DNA of 63,286 nt, filler included, from Octopus bimaculoides (taxonomy: Eukaryota): NCBI RefSeq assembly GCF_001194135.2. It is 5 parts of 5 records of this genome, joined end to end, with 100 filler letters (N's around TTAATTAATTAA, not from the genome) between each part and the next. Parts side by side here need not be neighbours in the genome. Positions count along the whole stretch, not along the records: positions 47,483 to 54,047 come from NC_068985.1; positions 54,148 to 63,286 come from NC_068997.1; 3 more parts are not named here. The stretch is one strand, 5' to 3'. The stretch's first letter is position 1. Every line of letters begins with the position of its first letter. The translations under genes were made by a program, and so were the position numbers. This document shows positions 48,891 through 61,144 of the stretch, piece by piece. The notes beneath the pieces were generated by a model that was not told where the DNA came from, ran no database searches, and was given only the letters and a program-made list of their open reading frames with translations.

Positions 48891-50893
48891 GGAGGAGTAG
48901 GAGGAGTAGGAGAAAGAGTGTAAACATTCTGTAGGTAATTTATAATTTAGAAAGTTGGGTCTTATTGTCATGTGACTAAGAGGTGAATCAGTGTGATGTG
49001 GAGAGGTTACTGTGTAGATTGCTAAGACAATTATTACGTAGGGACATGCATCAGAGAGAAATTGTTACATAAGTGTAAGGAGAAAAGCAAATATCCCCTA
49101 AAGGAGAGTGGAATATGTGTTTGTTATTGTCATCTGCCAAGCAACGGTAGACTAATAGTGTTCTGTCTAAATATTGTCTGGGTCTATATTCTGTCAACAG
49201 CACTACAATGTAGTCCATAGTCCTTTTCAGGGGAACCAAGATTGATGGTGACAATGTAATATATATTCAGCTTAAATTTCTGTGAAGAGATAAAATAGAT
49301 AAGATATGAATAAGGACTGTAAGGGAACATGGGAGGGAGCTGGGTTTGAACAGGGGTGGGGCTCAAATTTTTCCAGTTTAGAAAAGCAAGAACCTTTGTG
49401 CTAGTGGAGGAAGCCAAGAGTAGGCTTGTGGTTGTGGTGTCCTGACGGCTATTTTCCAACCAGTCCCATGATCTTTAATTAAATAGAATGTTTATGTACA
49501 GTAGCTTCTTTATTCTACCAGTTAAACTTGCTGTACCTTGTAGAATATCAATAACTGGCCAGAGCTGAAGTAATTTCTGCTCCTGCCTTGGGTATAACCT
49601 GAAATTTCTCTTGCAGAATGTTAACAGTTTACCTAAGGAGAATATCGTATGATTATAATAGAGAAATGCCGTACCTGGCAATTCTGAGGTTATGCAAATA
49701 TATAATTTCTGAATGGCTTTAAGGAAGATGATGATGATGAGAGTCGAAGGCAAAGCATTATCAAGAAAAATCGGACAACTGACCAGGAATTCTCTACTTC
49801 TTACAGGGCAGTCTTGTGAAATCCTAAAGAAAATAGCTTTTTAAAATTCACAAACATTTTGCTATTTCAAATCATAAGAAATCCATTATAAGGTAGGATT
49901 GCATTTTTTGAGAAATGCTTCACAAATACAGCCAAGATTGTCAGTTTAATACCACTAAAGAGAAGAGATTAACAAATAACAATTGTAAGAAATTTGTTTC
50001 CAGGCTTTTTCTTTATTAATGCCATCATAAGGATTTCTCGTCTCAGCATAAGGCCAGGAATTTGAAAGAGGGAAGAGTCAATTAAATCTACATCAATACT
50101 TGACTACTTCTTCATTTTATTGTCACTCTAAGGATGAAAGGCAAACTCAGATAAAATTAAATAATTAAAAGAAAATGGCTTGGAAATTATATAAAATAAT
50201 CTGATTAAATGTGCAGAAACTTTCTATGGAAAAGTTTTACATTTGTTGTCAGCTTTTTGATGGGTTAGCAAAATGGATGATCAAATTACATTATCTGTTT
50301 ATCAAATCAAACACCATCATTTTCTTGGTATTGGATGGATATTAATCATATTGCTTGCATATCTGTGCTGTAAAAGGATATCCATACTCTCCTTTGTGAA
50401 TGTACAATTAATCTGTCACAATATATATTACATATAGAACTTTACATTTCGTTTGCCATGTATTAAAGCTTAGCTTTCAGATTTGCGCAGTATGAACAAA
50501 ATTAATCAGGAAATTGTGACAAACATGGACACATATCTTGATCAATGTGAGCAAACGTTGATTTGGCCTTATCACATCTATAACATAGTTTGCTGTAGAA
50601 TATCTTCGTTGCACAATTGACATTTGTTGAAACAGACTATCGAGTTTCAATATTAAGCAAATTTTTAGAAATTCCTATTTAGGAATCTTGTAATAGATTA
50701 CCGAAATACAATCTGTTCCTGCATTTCATGGAATTCACTTCAATATTCTACACACAAAGTATATGAATATTTAAACTACATTATACACAGACACACACAC
50801 ACACAATTGTGCATGCATGCACGCACATCCCCACTCACACACACATCCACACGTCCACAGATGCATAAATGAATACATATATATATAAACATA

Positions 50894-50964
<71 letters not shown>

Positions 50965-51520
50965 ATGTGTGTATACGTGTATATATATATATATACACAC
51001 ATTTATATATAAGACATATGCATATATCCACACGCACACACATACACACACATATACAATATACATATACATACGTGTGTGTGTTTGTTTGTTTAAGAAT
51101 CCAAAGCAGCAAAAATAACTATATAGTTAAACAAGCATGTTAAATGCAGCGTCAGTGATTTCATCTCTGATATGCGAAGTGCATGTGTGTGTGGGTGTGC
51201 GTGTGGGTGGGTGCGCGCGTGTGTGTTTGGGTGTATGTGTGGGTGTGCGGGTGTATGTGGTACACTCACGTTGGTAGAGGATATCTTTGATAAAATACAT
51301 TCAGAAAATGAAATGCTGTACACAATCTATAGTTTGTTATTCATTGAAAAGCAGAACAGTTTATCTTCATTGTTTCATGGTAATATACATATGTGCAAGT
51401 GTGTGTGTGTGTGTGTGCGTGTGTTTATGTGTGTGCGTGAGTGTGTGTGTGTGCGTGTGTGTGTGTATACATACATGTATCTACATATGTGTATGTATGT
51501 ACACGCACACATATATGTGC

Positions 51521-51599
<79 letters not shown>

Positions 51600-52714
51600 T
51601 ATATACACATGTACATATTAGAGATAGATATAGATATGCAGGGAGATATATATATATATATATATATATACATACATTACATAGACACATGCTGTATATA
51701 TGTGTGTGTATGTAAGCATCTATGTTTATTTATATATCTGGGTGTATACTTATAACGTGTCTGTGGCAATTGAGAGAGTGTATTTTTGTGTGTTTGTGCT
51801 TATTAATATAAGTTTGTATGTGTATGATTCTGCATTGATATGCAAAAATCAAGATCTTCGCAGCGTGCCATACACAGCATTGAGGATATAAAATTCTCAT
51901 AGCAGCTTCCTTTGTAGTAATCAGTATGCAATTTAATATGCAGTATATGTGTATAGCCCAGTGAAATATTGCAGCATTATCTCATTGTTTAGTGAAATTT
52001 CCAAGGAAATATGTTCAAGGATATTTTTATCTATGTAGTATGTTCAAGGGAAATTAGGAAGTTTACACATATGCATGTGAGAACACATTCACATCTCCTC
52101 CAGTACAAATACCTATAGACATGCAACCAAAAAAGTACTAACATACACGTATGGTTTTGTATGTATATATGGGCCGATGAATATTTAACTAAACTGCCAA
52201 ACACGGACATGTCCATACCAACACGTATACATACCGGAGACATACAAATAAGGCATACGACCATTTACAAGTATTTACATGTATACACATGTAGCATAAT
52301 GTAAAAATTATTACNNNNNNNNNNNNNNNNNNNNNNNNNNNNNNNNNNNNNNNNNNNNNNNNNNNNNNNNNNNNNNNNNNNNNNNNNNNNNNNNNNNNNN
52401 NNNNNNNNNNNNNNNNNNNNNNNNNNNNNNNNNNNNNNNNNNNNNNNNNNNNNNNNNNNNNNNNNNNNNNNNNNNNNNNNNNNNNNNNNNNNNNNNNNNN
52501 NNNNNNNNNNNNNNNNNNNNNNNNNNNNNNNNNNNNNNNNNNNNNNNNNNNNNNNNNNNNNNNNNNNNNNNNNNNNNNNNNNNNNNNNNNNNNNNNNNNN
52601 NNNNNNNNNNNNNNNNNNNNNNNNNNNNNNNNNNNNNNNNNNNNNNNNNNNNNNNNNNNNNNNNNNNNNNNNNNNNNNNNNNNNNNNNNNNNNNNNATAT
52701 ATATATATACACAC

Positions 52715-52745
<31 letters not shown>

Positions 52746-53113
52746 TATGTATGTATTATGTATGTATGTATGAATGTATATGCATAATTATTCATAGCAA
52801 CAATCTTTTCAAAGATCACACAAAAGCGAATATAAAACACACTTGTATTGTATAAGTTATTTATAAATACTCATAGTTTCTTTATTTCAGCAATTCTTAT
52901 GAATATGGATACATTCCTGTATGTAATACATGCATACACACACATGGATATACACATATAGATAAAAACACATGCATACACACATACAAACATACACATG
53001 CAAACATGTACATGCACATGCACACACCCACAGGCACAGACACCAACATCATCATCGTCGCTGTCGTCATCATCAATGTCATCACTATCATCAGTGTGTG
53101 TCTTGATCATTAC

Positions 53114-53158
<45 letters not shown>

Positions 53159-53677
53159 TATCATCATCATTATCAACATCATCATTGTCGTCGTCATCAC
53201 ATAATCCTCATCATCATCATCATCATCATAATCATCATTGTTTTAACATTCAATTCTCCCAGCTTGCATGCAAGAGGCAAGACTGGTTGAAGCAGATTTT
53301 CTATGGCTGAATGCATGTCTTGCCACCAACCCTCGCGTGTTGTATCCAAGCAAAATAATATTTCCCTAATTCTTCAGTGGCCAAACATGTTTTCCCAGAT
53401 AACTGCAAAAAAATGGTAGTATTTGTTAAAAACAGTGACTTTACTTGAAATCAAGATGCAAATGCCAAGACACACAGACTGAAACATGCGCACATATATT
53501 CCTCCATGAGCAGGATCTCACCTTCTCACTTGTGACATCCTGTGAAAATGCCCAAAACATGGCAGCATGGAAAGTAAGTGTAGAAATGATGATGATGATG
53601 ATGATGGTGATGATGACGACGACGACAACATCAATGATGATAATGATGATGGTGAACTATGTATATCTACCCATCTT

Positions 53678-53997
53678 GAAGGCCTGTGATGTAGTGATTA
53701 GGGTTAGGGTTAGGGTTAGGGTTAGGGTTAGGGTTAGGGTTAGGGTACGCAACTCAACATTGTAAGATCGTGAGTTTGATTGCCTCAGTCCACTCACCTG
53801 CTAAAAACGAATCGTACCTGTAATTCAAAAGTCCAGAATTGTCACACTCTGTGTCACACTGAATCTCACTGAGATCTACGTTAAGGGTATGCATGTCTGT
53901 GGAGTACTCAGCCACTTGCATGTTAATTTTACTAGAAGACTGTTCCATTGATTGGATCAAAATCGAGCAGTCATTGTTATAACCAGCAGAGTGCCAG
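53678..53997 (+). mobile_element. Old composite SINE (family B-like head, family F 3' half) carrying a telomeric array
   Basis: GAAGGCCTGTGATGTAGTGA[TTAGGG]8TACGC head, and a 3' half matching 29950-30128 with CpG-to-TpG/CpA changes. Confidence 0.8.
53698..53745 (+). repeat. Interstitial telomeric repeat (TTAGGG)8
   Basis: Eight perfect units counted. Confidence 0.97.
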
Positions 53998-54016
53998 TCA
54001 TAGATCTATCTATCTA

Positions 54017-54047
<31 letters not shown>

Positions 54048-54147
54048 NNNNNNNNNNNNNNNNNNNNNNNNNNNNNNNNNNNNNNNNNNNNTTAATTAAT
54101 TAANNNNNNNNNNNNNNNNNNNNNNNNNNNNNNNNNNNNNNNNNNNN

Positions 54148-54178
<31 letters not shown>

Positions 54179-54179
<1 letters not shown>

Positions 54180-56090
54180 TAGCTGAATGACCCACTATTG
54201 CTTGGGTTACTGCTGTTCTTATTCAGAGTAGTAAACAATAAATATAAAGATATATTCTCATAATTATTTCAAAGTATCTAATTGTAATGATAATAGAATT
54301 TAGAACTGAAAATCTGTCAATGTTGAAGCACCTCAGGCTAAACAATATTCATTGTGTAATTTTTTGTTGGTGTTGAAATGAATAAATTGTTGCTGTTTCC
54401 AAGTCATGAGCAAGCAACATAAAGTTGGCTGAGACAAGCATGTATTAGAGAGATCAAGTCCAACTACCTTGAGGGATTGATCCTGAGATTTGTTAATTAA
54501 AGTATCAAAACTTAGTTTGATTGGAAAACTGAAGTGTCTTAAATTCAAATGGAACATCTGTAGGTATGAGAACAATTTTTGGAATAAAGACATTTTCTCC
54601 TTTGTGACTACTTGTTATAATTGTTGCCTGTAGGACATGGGGCTTCATGGAAGCAACAATTAAGCAAGTTCTATTACACAGGTGAGATGGGTCAAGATTC
54701 CTAAGCAACATAATGGGAGCACCCAGTTTTAGTGTCAAGTTATGCAATAGCATCCCGGTGTGTTTGTTCAGAAATTCAATAGTGTTTTGAACAACCTGAT
54801 CTTGATTGAATGTTGTCAATTAACTGAAAAGTCATTTCTGATGTATCTGTTAATTTTTGAAGTAGTTCATGATTGAGTTTATCAACCATTTCATTAGCTG
54901 GAGCCAGTATAGCTCTTTCACATAATTAATTTACATCACTGTAATTGACAGATAAATTAGGAAATACTTTATCCATAAGATCCCTAAGAAAAAGAATTAT
55001 TTGATCACATGTAATTTCTTGAGTTGAATATTAATATCCCATTACCAATCTTAAGAAGCTCTTATGATCACCTTCTAGAAGTAGTCTGATGTTACTAGTA
55101 AGATGAAGTTCTTTCATATCTCTAAAGGAACGATTTTTGTAAGCATGCATTGACTTCATCACCTTTTGATCCTTTGGGGATAACTGGCAACGTTTGATGA
55201 AAATTTCCTGTAAGAACTGTTACTCCTCCCATCTGTATGCTGTTGTTTTTTATGTCTTGGAGGGTATGGTCAAGTACCTCTAGAGCTCCACAATGTGACA
55301 TAGTTCACTTGTCCCAAACAACGAGGCAAGTTTGTTGGAGAACTGTAGCCATTGCAGTTTTGGAAATGTTGCACATTTGAGATTCTTTCATTGCAAGGTT
55401 TAGAGGGAACTTAAACATGGAATGAGCAGTTCTTCCCCCATTGAGGAGGGTTGCTGCAATACCAAAAGACACAACACTAGAAGAAGGTTAGATTTTATTT
55501 CCTCCCACTTAGGATTGCAGGTGAAAGTGACAGAAAGATCTGGTTTTTCATGTCCTAACATATGTTATAGCATCTTGTGGTCATTCATGCATGTATTGAG
55601 GACCACTTGTGAATGATGGGAGGATTATAAGTTGCTACATGTTTTGAATATCACCACCTGTACTCAGAGCATCTTGGAGATGAACATAATTTTTAGCCCT
55701 TAACTTATTTTGATTGTTATGAATGTAGAGGAGACACTCACTCTCAACTTTAGCATACATATCAACCAGGTATTGCTGAAATAGATTACGATACATGTGT
55801 AATTGATTTGATTGTTCTGGTCTTAACATCAGTTGGTAAGAATAGAAGTCATTTGATGACACCTTTTTGTTTGTAATTGGCTCTCCTGTTGCAGGTTCAA
55901 TCTGTGGAGTATTGAAATGATACCCATCTTGTCCATTCCACAAAATAAGAGGATACTAGAGAGCATCATAAGAAGGATGAGTCTCTGAAACACGTTTAAG
56001 GTTGTTATCTCGAGCATGAATGAGAATATCATGATTTTCATGGGGATCACGTACCATAAGGATGACTACTTCATTAGATATGGGCTTTAC
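54179..56090 (-). mobile_element. Internally deleted, pseudogenised RepHel Helitron with intact 3' end
   Basis: Rep N-terminal motifs: SYDALQYPL..WNGQDGYH, NLFQQYLVDMYAKVESECLLYIHNNQNKLRA, IILPSFTSGPQYMHE, KPDLSVTFTCNPKWEEI. The sequence then jumps to Pif1 helicase motifs: LVVWDK*TMSH, GNFHQTLPVIP, LTLKLGAPIMLLRNLDP, FPIKLSF..INKSQ.QSLKVVGLDL. It ends in an ACCCA...TGGGT hairpin (54190-54207) and CTAG|T at 54179. Confidence 0.92.
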
Positions 56091-56737
56091 TATAGTTTAC
56101 TATAGAGGTAACAAATGTGGAAACACACACACTGACAGACACATACACACTCATACATATGTATATGTATGTGTAGATGTGAGTGTGTGTTTAATTGGCT
56201 GAGGCCTAACATAAAAATTATCATAGATAGTCGCACACACATACAGTCTGACATACACTCACATACATATACTAAGACAGACACAGAGAGACATACATTT
56301 GCACATATCTCAGGCATATCTCTGTGTCTGTGTGTGTGTCTCTCTCTTTAGATGTGTGCGTAATTGTGTGTGTATGTATGTGTGTGTGTGTCTGTGAGTT
56401 GTCACAAAAATGTATGTATATTCACACACACATACACCATTACATACACTCACACATATACTTCTCAGTCATCAGCCTAAACTACGTAACAAATGCGCAA
56501 GCACACACACACTCACAGACACATACACATTCATATAGAAAATGTGATGTGGTAGTGATGGTGGTATAAAATGTTATTTACAATAGTTGACTTATAGAAA
56601 GATTATAATGTTAAATTTTTGTAATGCAGATACATAAATGAAAATAAAGTTTATTTGGTAGCTGAAAGATTACTGAATCTTTTGATATGCCATATGTCAA
56701 AATCAGCAACTAAGTTTTCGAATACAAAAGGAACATA

Positions 56738-58333
56738 CAGTGGGGGGAAATAAATATTCATACATGTCAAAATTCTTTATTTATTTACTTTCTAATGAAC
56801 ATAAATGGGATATACCAATACTATATATGCATACACATGCATAAACTAAGAATATGCAAAAGAAACTAATAAATTATAGTAACTAATGAATTTATATACA
56901 AATATAAATATTTAGGAGTGAAAAAAGTATTCGTACAGAACATAAATAACTGATAATTTTGATTTAATACTTTGTAGCATAACCATTATTCAGTTCCACT
57001 TCAACCAATCTCTTCTTGTAGTTCTTAATCAATGACTTGCATGTTTCTTTAGGAATTTTTCCCCATTCTTCTTGACAAAATTTCTTCAAATCTGGAATGC
57101 ATGTTGGGGCTCTTGAATGAATTTTAATTTTCAAATAACGCCACAAATTTTCAATGGGGTTCAAGTCAGGTGACTGGCTTGGCCATTCTAATAATTTTAT
57201 ATTGTGATTGACAATCCATATTTGGTAGACTTCGCCGTGTGCTTAGGGTCATTATCCTGTTGTAAAATCCAACCTTCACAAAGCTGGAGCTTTTCTACAG
57301 AGTTCCATAAATTATTGTTCAAAATATTTTGGTACATGTCTCCATTCATTCTACCATCTATCACATGTAAATTGAAAGTGCCATTTGCAGAGAAACACCC
57401 CTACACAATGATGTTGCCACCTCCAAACTTTACAGTAGGAATTGTGTTTTTTGGCGAATAGGCGGTACCATCTTTCCTCCAAACATGGCTATGCAAATTT
57501 CGTCCAAACAATTCAATTTTCGACTTGTCTGTCCATAGAACATTTCCCCAGAATGTATCAGATTTATCTTTATGTTCATAAACAAATATTAAACGGGCAT
57601 CTCTATGCCTTTTAGTCAATAGTGGAGTTTTTCTAGGAGAGCATGACTTTAGTTCATTCCTATGAAATCCATTGCTGATTGTTCATAGTGTAACACTAGT
57701 CCCTGAAGCTAACAAATCTTCTTGCAACTCCTTTCTGGTAATCATTGTGTCTTTTTCGATTCTTCACTTCATTTTTCTTAAAGATCTAGGGGAAATCTTG
57801 CGTGATGCACCAGATCTTATTCTATTTTCAACAGTTCCCGATGTTTTATATCTTTGGATAAATGAAGATATGCTGGAAAATGGAATACAAATGGTCTCTG
57901 ATATTTTCCTGTAATTTTTACCTGCTTTCCACTGTTCAATAATTAAGTTTTTCACTGAATTTGTGAGTTCTTTACGACACTACTTTATGTTGTCTCAGTG
58001 CTGAATGAAGAAGCTAGCGTTTTGACACTTAAAAATGACCACTGATAAGATTATTGGAACAAACGAGAAAGTTCTAGTAAAAGAAAAATTATTTTAACAG
58101 TATTTTGTGGCATAGAAACTCATAAATTTATTCTGTATGAATACTTTTTTCACCCCTAAATATTTATAATTGTATATAAATTCATTAGTTATTATAATTT
58201 ATTAGTTTCTTTTGCATATTCTTAGTTTATGCATGTGTATGCAAATATAGTATTGGTATATCCCATTTATGTTCATAAGAAATTAAATAAATAAAGAATT
58301 TTGACATGTACGAATATTTATTTCCCCCCACTG
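56738..58333 (-). mobile_element. Full-length Tc1 (DD34E) transposon, IR/DR type, 1596 bp
   Basis: TA TSDs at 56736-37 and 58334-35; ~200-bp TIRs starting CAGTGGGGGGAAATAAATATTC with an inner repeat GTGAAAAAAGTATTCGTACAG. Confidence 0.95.
56964..57985 (-). pseudogene. Tc1 transposase with stops and a frameshift
   Basis: HTH region, [53 protein letters not shown] and a C-terminal GYATKY*. Confidence 0.92.
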
Positions 58334-58886
58334 TATACATGCACACACCCACACACATACACACGTGCACACGTGCACACACACGCACACACTCTGCATT
58401 ATATATCAATATATATATATAGTGTATTAAAGTCAGAGGATCCTACTTTAAAAGAGAGGAGAATTTAGTACCTCTTTGAAATGAGGCACCTTGTATATGT
58501 GTTGTTGACAACAAGAATTTATAAACTTTTGAGAGGACATAAAATAATCCTGTTTTTTTTTTTTTTTTAGGAAACAGTGGATTTCAAAGTGTACATAAAG
58601 CTATTTACACTTAAAAGCAAACATAATGCTGTCCAAAATGGTTTTTCTACCTAACATTTACATGCTGTTATTTGTAGCTTTATGTGTAACCATTAAAACT
58701 ACTAACTCTTTCTCAAATCACATCTACTTATAAGATATACTGGATGCAATACTGAACACTACACATGTATATGTAACTTACATCCAAGTAATGACAGAAT
58801 ATGTAGCATGCTTCCAGACGAGACTGCAGTTTGACATATCTGGCATACAAGATATATGGGATGATTTTTTAGTGTTCAGTTAATTA

Positions 58887-60288
58887 TTAGGTTGTCAAGA
58901 AAGTTCTTGCAGTTTTTAACCTTTAAATTCAGATGCACATATCTTGGCTCAAACAAAACTTTATTAATCAAAATAAACACCATCAGAATCAACACACTTT
59001 TGGCAACATGAAACAAGTTTATTTATGCCAGTAGCATAAAAATCCTGCGTTCTGGTGGCAATGAAGTCGTTGAAGGCGTGTTTGGCATCGTCTTGGTTTT
59101 TGAAGCATTTCTCACACAGGAAGTTGTCGAGATGCTTGAAAATGTGGTAGTTGGTAGGCAAGAGGTCTGGTGAGTAGCCCAATTCATTCAACTTCTGCAG
59201 GGTCAGTTGTGCAATGAGCTNNNNNNNNNNNNNNNNNNNNNNNNNNNNNNNNNNNNNNNNNNNNNNNNNNNNNNNNNNNNNNNNNNNNNNNNNNNNNNNN
59301 NNNNNNNNNNNNNNNNNNNNNNNNNNNNNNNNNNNNNNNNNNNNNNNNNNNNNNNNNNNNNNNNNNNNNNNNNNNNNNNNNNNNNNNNNNNNNNNNNNNN
59401 NNNNNNNNNNNNNNNNNNNNNNNNNNNNNNNNNNNNNNNNNNNNNNNNNNNNNNNNNNNNNNNNNNNNNNNNNNNNNNNNNTTGCCTGGATCCAAAAAGC
59501 TGTGATGGATGAGTCCGGCCGCAGACCACCAAACAGTCACCGTGACCTTCTTTTGGTGCAACTTTGGCTTTGGGAAGTGCCATAGAGCTTCATCGGCGTC
59601 CAACCACTGAGCCGAGTGTCGCTGGTTGTTGTAGAGAATCTCCTGAATCTACTTTTCATCGCAAGTCACAATCCGGTCGAGAAATGGGTCATTCTTGTTG
59701 CGTAAAAGGGAAGATGTCATTTCAAAACGGCTTTTTTTTTGGTTGTCGTTCAATTTGTGCGGCACCCATTTCTCAAGTATTTTTGTTTTTCCAATCTCTA
59801 TCAAGTGGTTGGAAATTGTTGTATATGTTACGTCTAATTCAGATGCAAGTTCTCGAACAGTTGTGCATGGATTGGCTTCGACTGAGGCTCTTAGTTGATT
59901 GTTGTCAACATCCAATGACCAACCACTACATTTATCATCTTCAAGACTCTCGTCACAGCTACAAAATTTCTTGAACCACCATTGTGCTGTACGTTCATTA
60001 GTGGTTTCTGGGACAAACATATCGTTGATATTGCGAGCTGTTTCATCAGCTTTTCAGCCTAGCTTGAACTGGAATAAGAAAATTGTGCGAATTTGCTTTT
60101 TGTCCATGTTTTATTCAATGTTCCGGAAAAAATGGCCTAATTATTCAAAAAGAAAAAGAGTAACACAATTAGATTGAATGAGCTTTAAATGATATATAAA
60201 GTCAAAGTAATTTAACGAAAATTAATTTGAAAATACGTCATTTAAAACCAAAATTAAAAATTCCACAAGAACTTTCTTGACAACCTAA
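58887..60288 (-). mobile_element. Full-length mariner (cecropia/Hsmar1-like), spanning a gap
   Basis: TA TSDs at 58885-86 and 60289-90; TIRs TTAGGTTGTCAAGAAAGTTCTTG. Confidence 0.93.
58964..60107 (-). pseudogene. Mariner transposase, disabled
   Basis: MDKKQIRTIFLFQFKLG*, KWVPHKL, DRIVTCDEK, PKPKLHQKKVTVTVWWSAAGLIH, YSPDLLPTNYHIF (third catalytic Asp appears as Asn) and C-terminal GVYFD*. Confidence 0.92.
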
Positions 60289-60827
60289 TACTTTAGTACC
60301 ATATATCTGACACAGATTACTCATAAAGAAAGTGTTGCAGAAGAGGAAGAAACAAAAAACAATAATGAAACTTAGAGGCAGTCAACAACATTTACACCAA
60401 ATTTTCATCATTAATATCTTCAACACCAATATCTCTACCATTACTGTCATTCTTCCAAACAGTACAAGCAATTTCAGCACTATCACCAAAACTTCCATTG
60501 TCATTGTTGTCATCGTTGTCACCACTGCCACCACCATCACCACCACTAACATCACAGTTTTTTTGTGCTGTCAAATTAATTTAGAATTCCACTTGTATCT
60601 AATCTTTGAGTTTTCTCTACATAAATTCTTAATTTGATTAGCTAACCACAAATTTTCCCTTATCACCACCCTTCTAACTCCCAATACAACTCCATCTGCA
60701 TCAATTCTAGTTAACCTTTGTTTTCATCATTCTTTCATTTACTTTCATCTAAATATACACGTACTTCCTCTATTGACATCTGTTTTTACATTTTAATGTC
60801 TTATTTCTTCTTTTTGTTTGTTTATAG

Positions 60828-61027
60828 GCCACAGCCATGGTGGAATGATTGTACATCCAGATTGTCAGCATATCATCTACCACCTAGGTTACATTGTTGT
60901 TGTTGAAAACATTAGTACAAAGAAACAAACATTATTGTTTGGCCACCATAATGATGTTAGTTGCTTGACTGTTTCCAGGAGTGGCCAATTTCTAGCTTCC
61001 GGTCAGGTCATATATATGGGATTCAAA
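60828..61027 (+). CDS. CFAP52: Cilia- and flagella-associated protein 52 (WDR16), internal coding exon equivalent to vertebrate exon 2
   Basis: TTTGTTTATAG| acceptor and AAA|GTGAGT donor; 200 nt, phase 1 to 0. The peptide (G)HSHGGMIVHPDCQHIIYHLGYIVVVENISTKKQTLLFGHHNDVSCLTVSRSGQFLASGQVIYMGFK aligns with recalled human GHVPTGLKCHPDQEHMIYPLGCTVLIQAINTKEQNFLQGHGNNVSCLAISRSGEYIASGQVTFMGFK. Confidence 0.92.
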
Positions 61028-61144
61028 GTGAGTATAAAAATTTTAGAGAAATATCATTCAACACCTATTCACACTTAAAAGCACACATATAATTGTGCCT
61101 ATATGTACATATACTTTAGCCGATACCTATACATTTATAATTGA

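Noticed and set aside
49020-49760. Several short frames with vague GIY-YIG or coding resemblance
   Set aside because: No motif could be aligned convincingly, and there are stops in all frames.
58571-58660. Strong poly-T acceptor as the missing CFAP52 exon 1
   Set aside because: No frame encodes the LEL..VIGF.G motif, there is no good phase-1 donor, and the T-run may be a retroposed tail.
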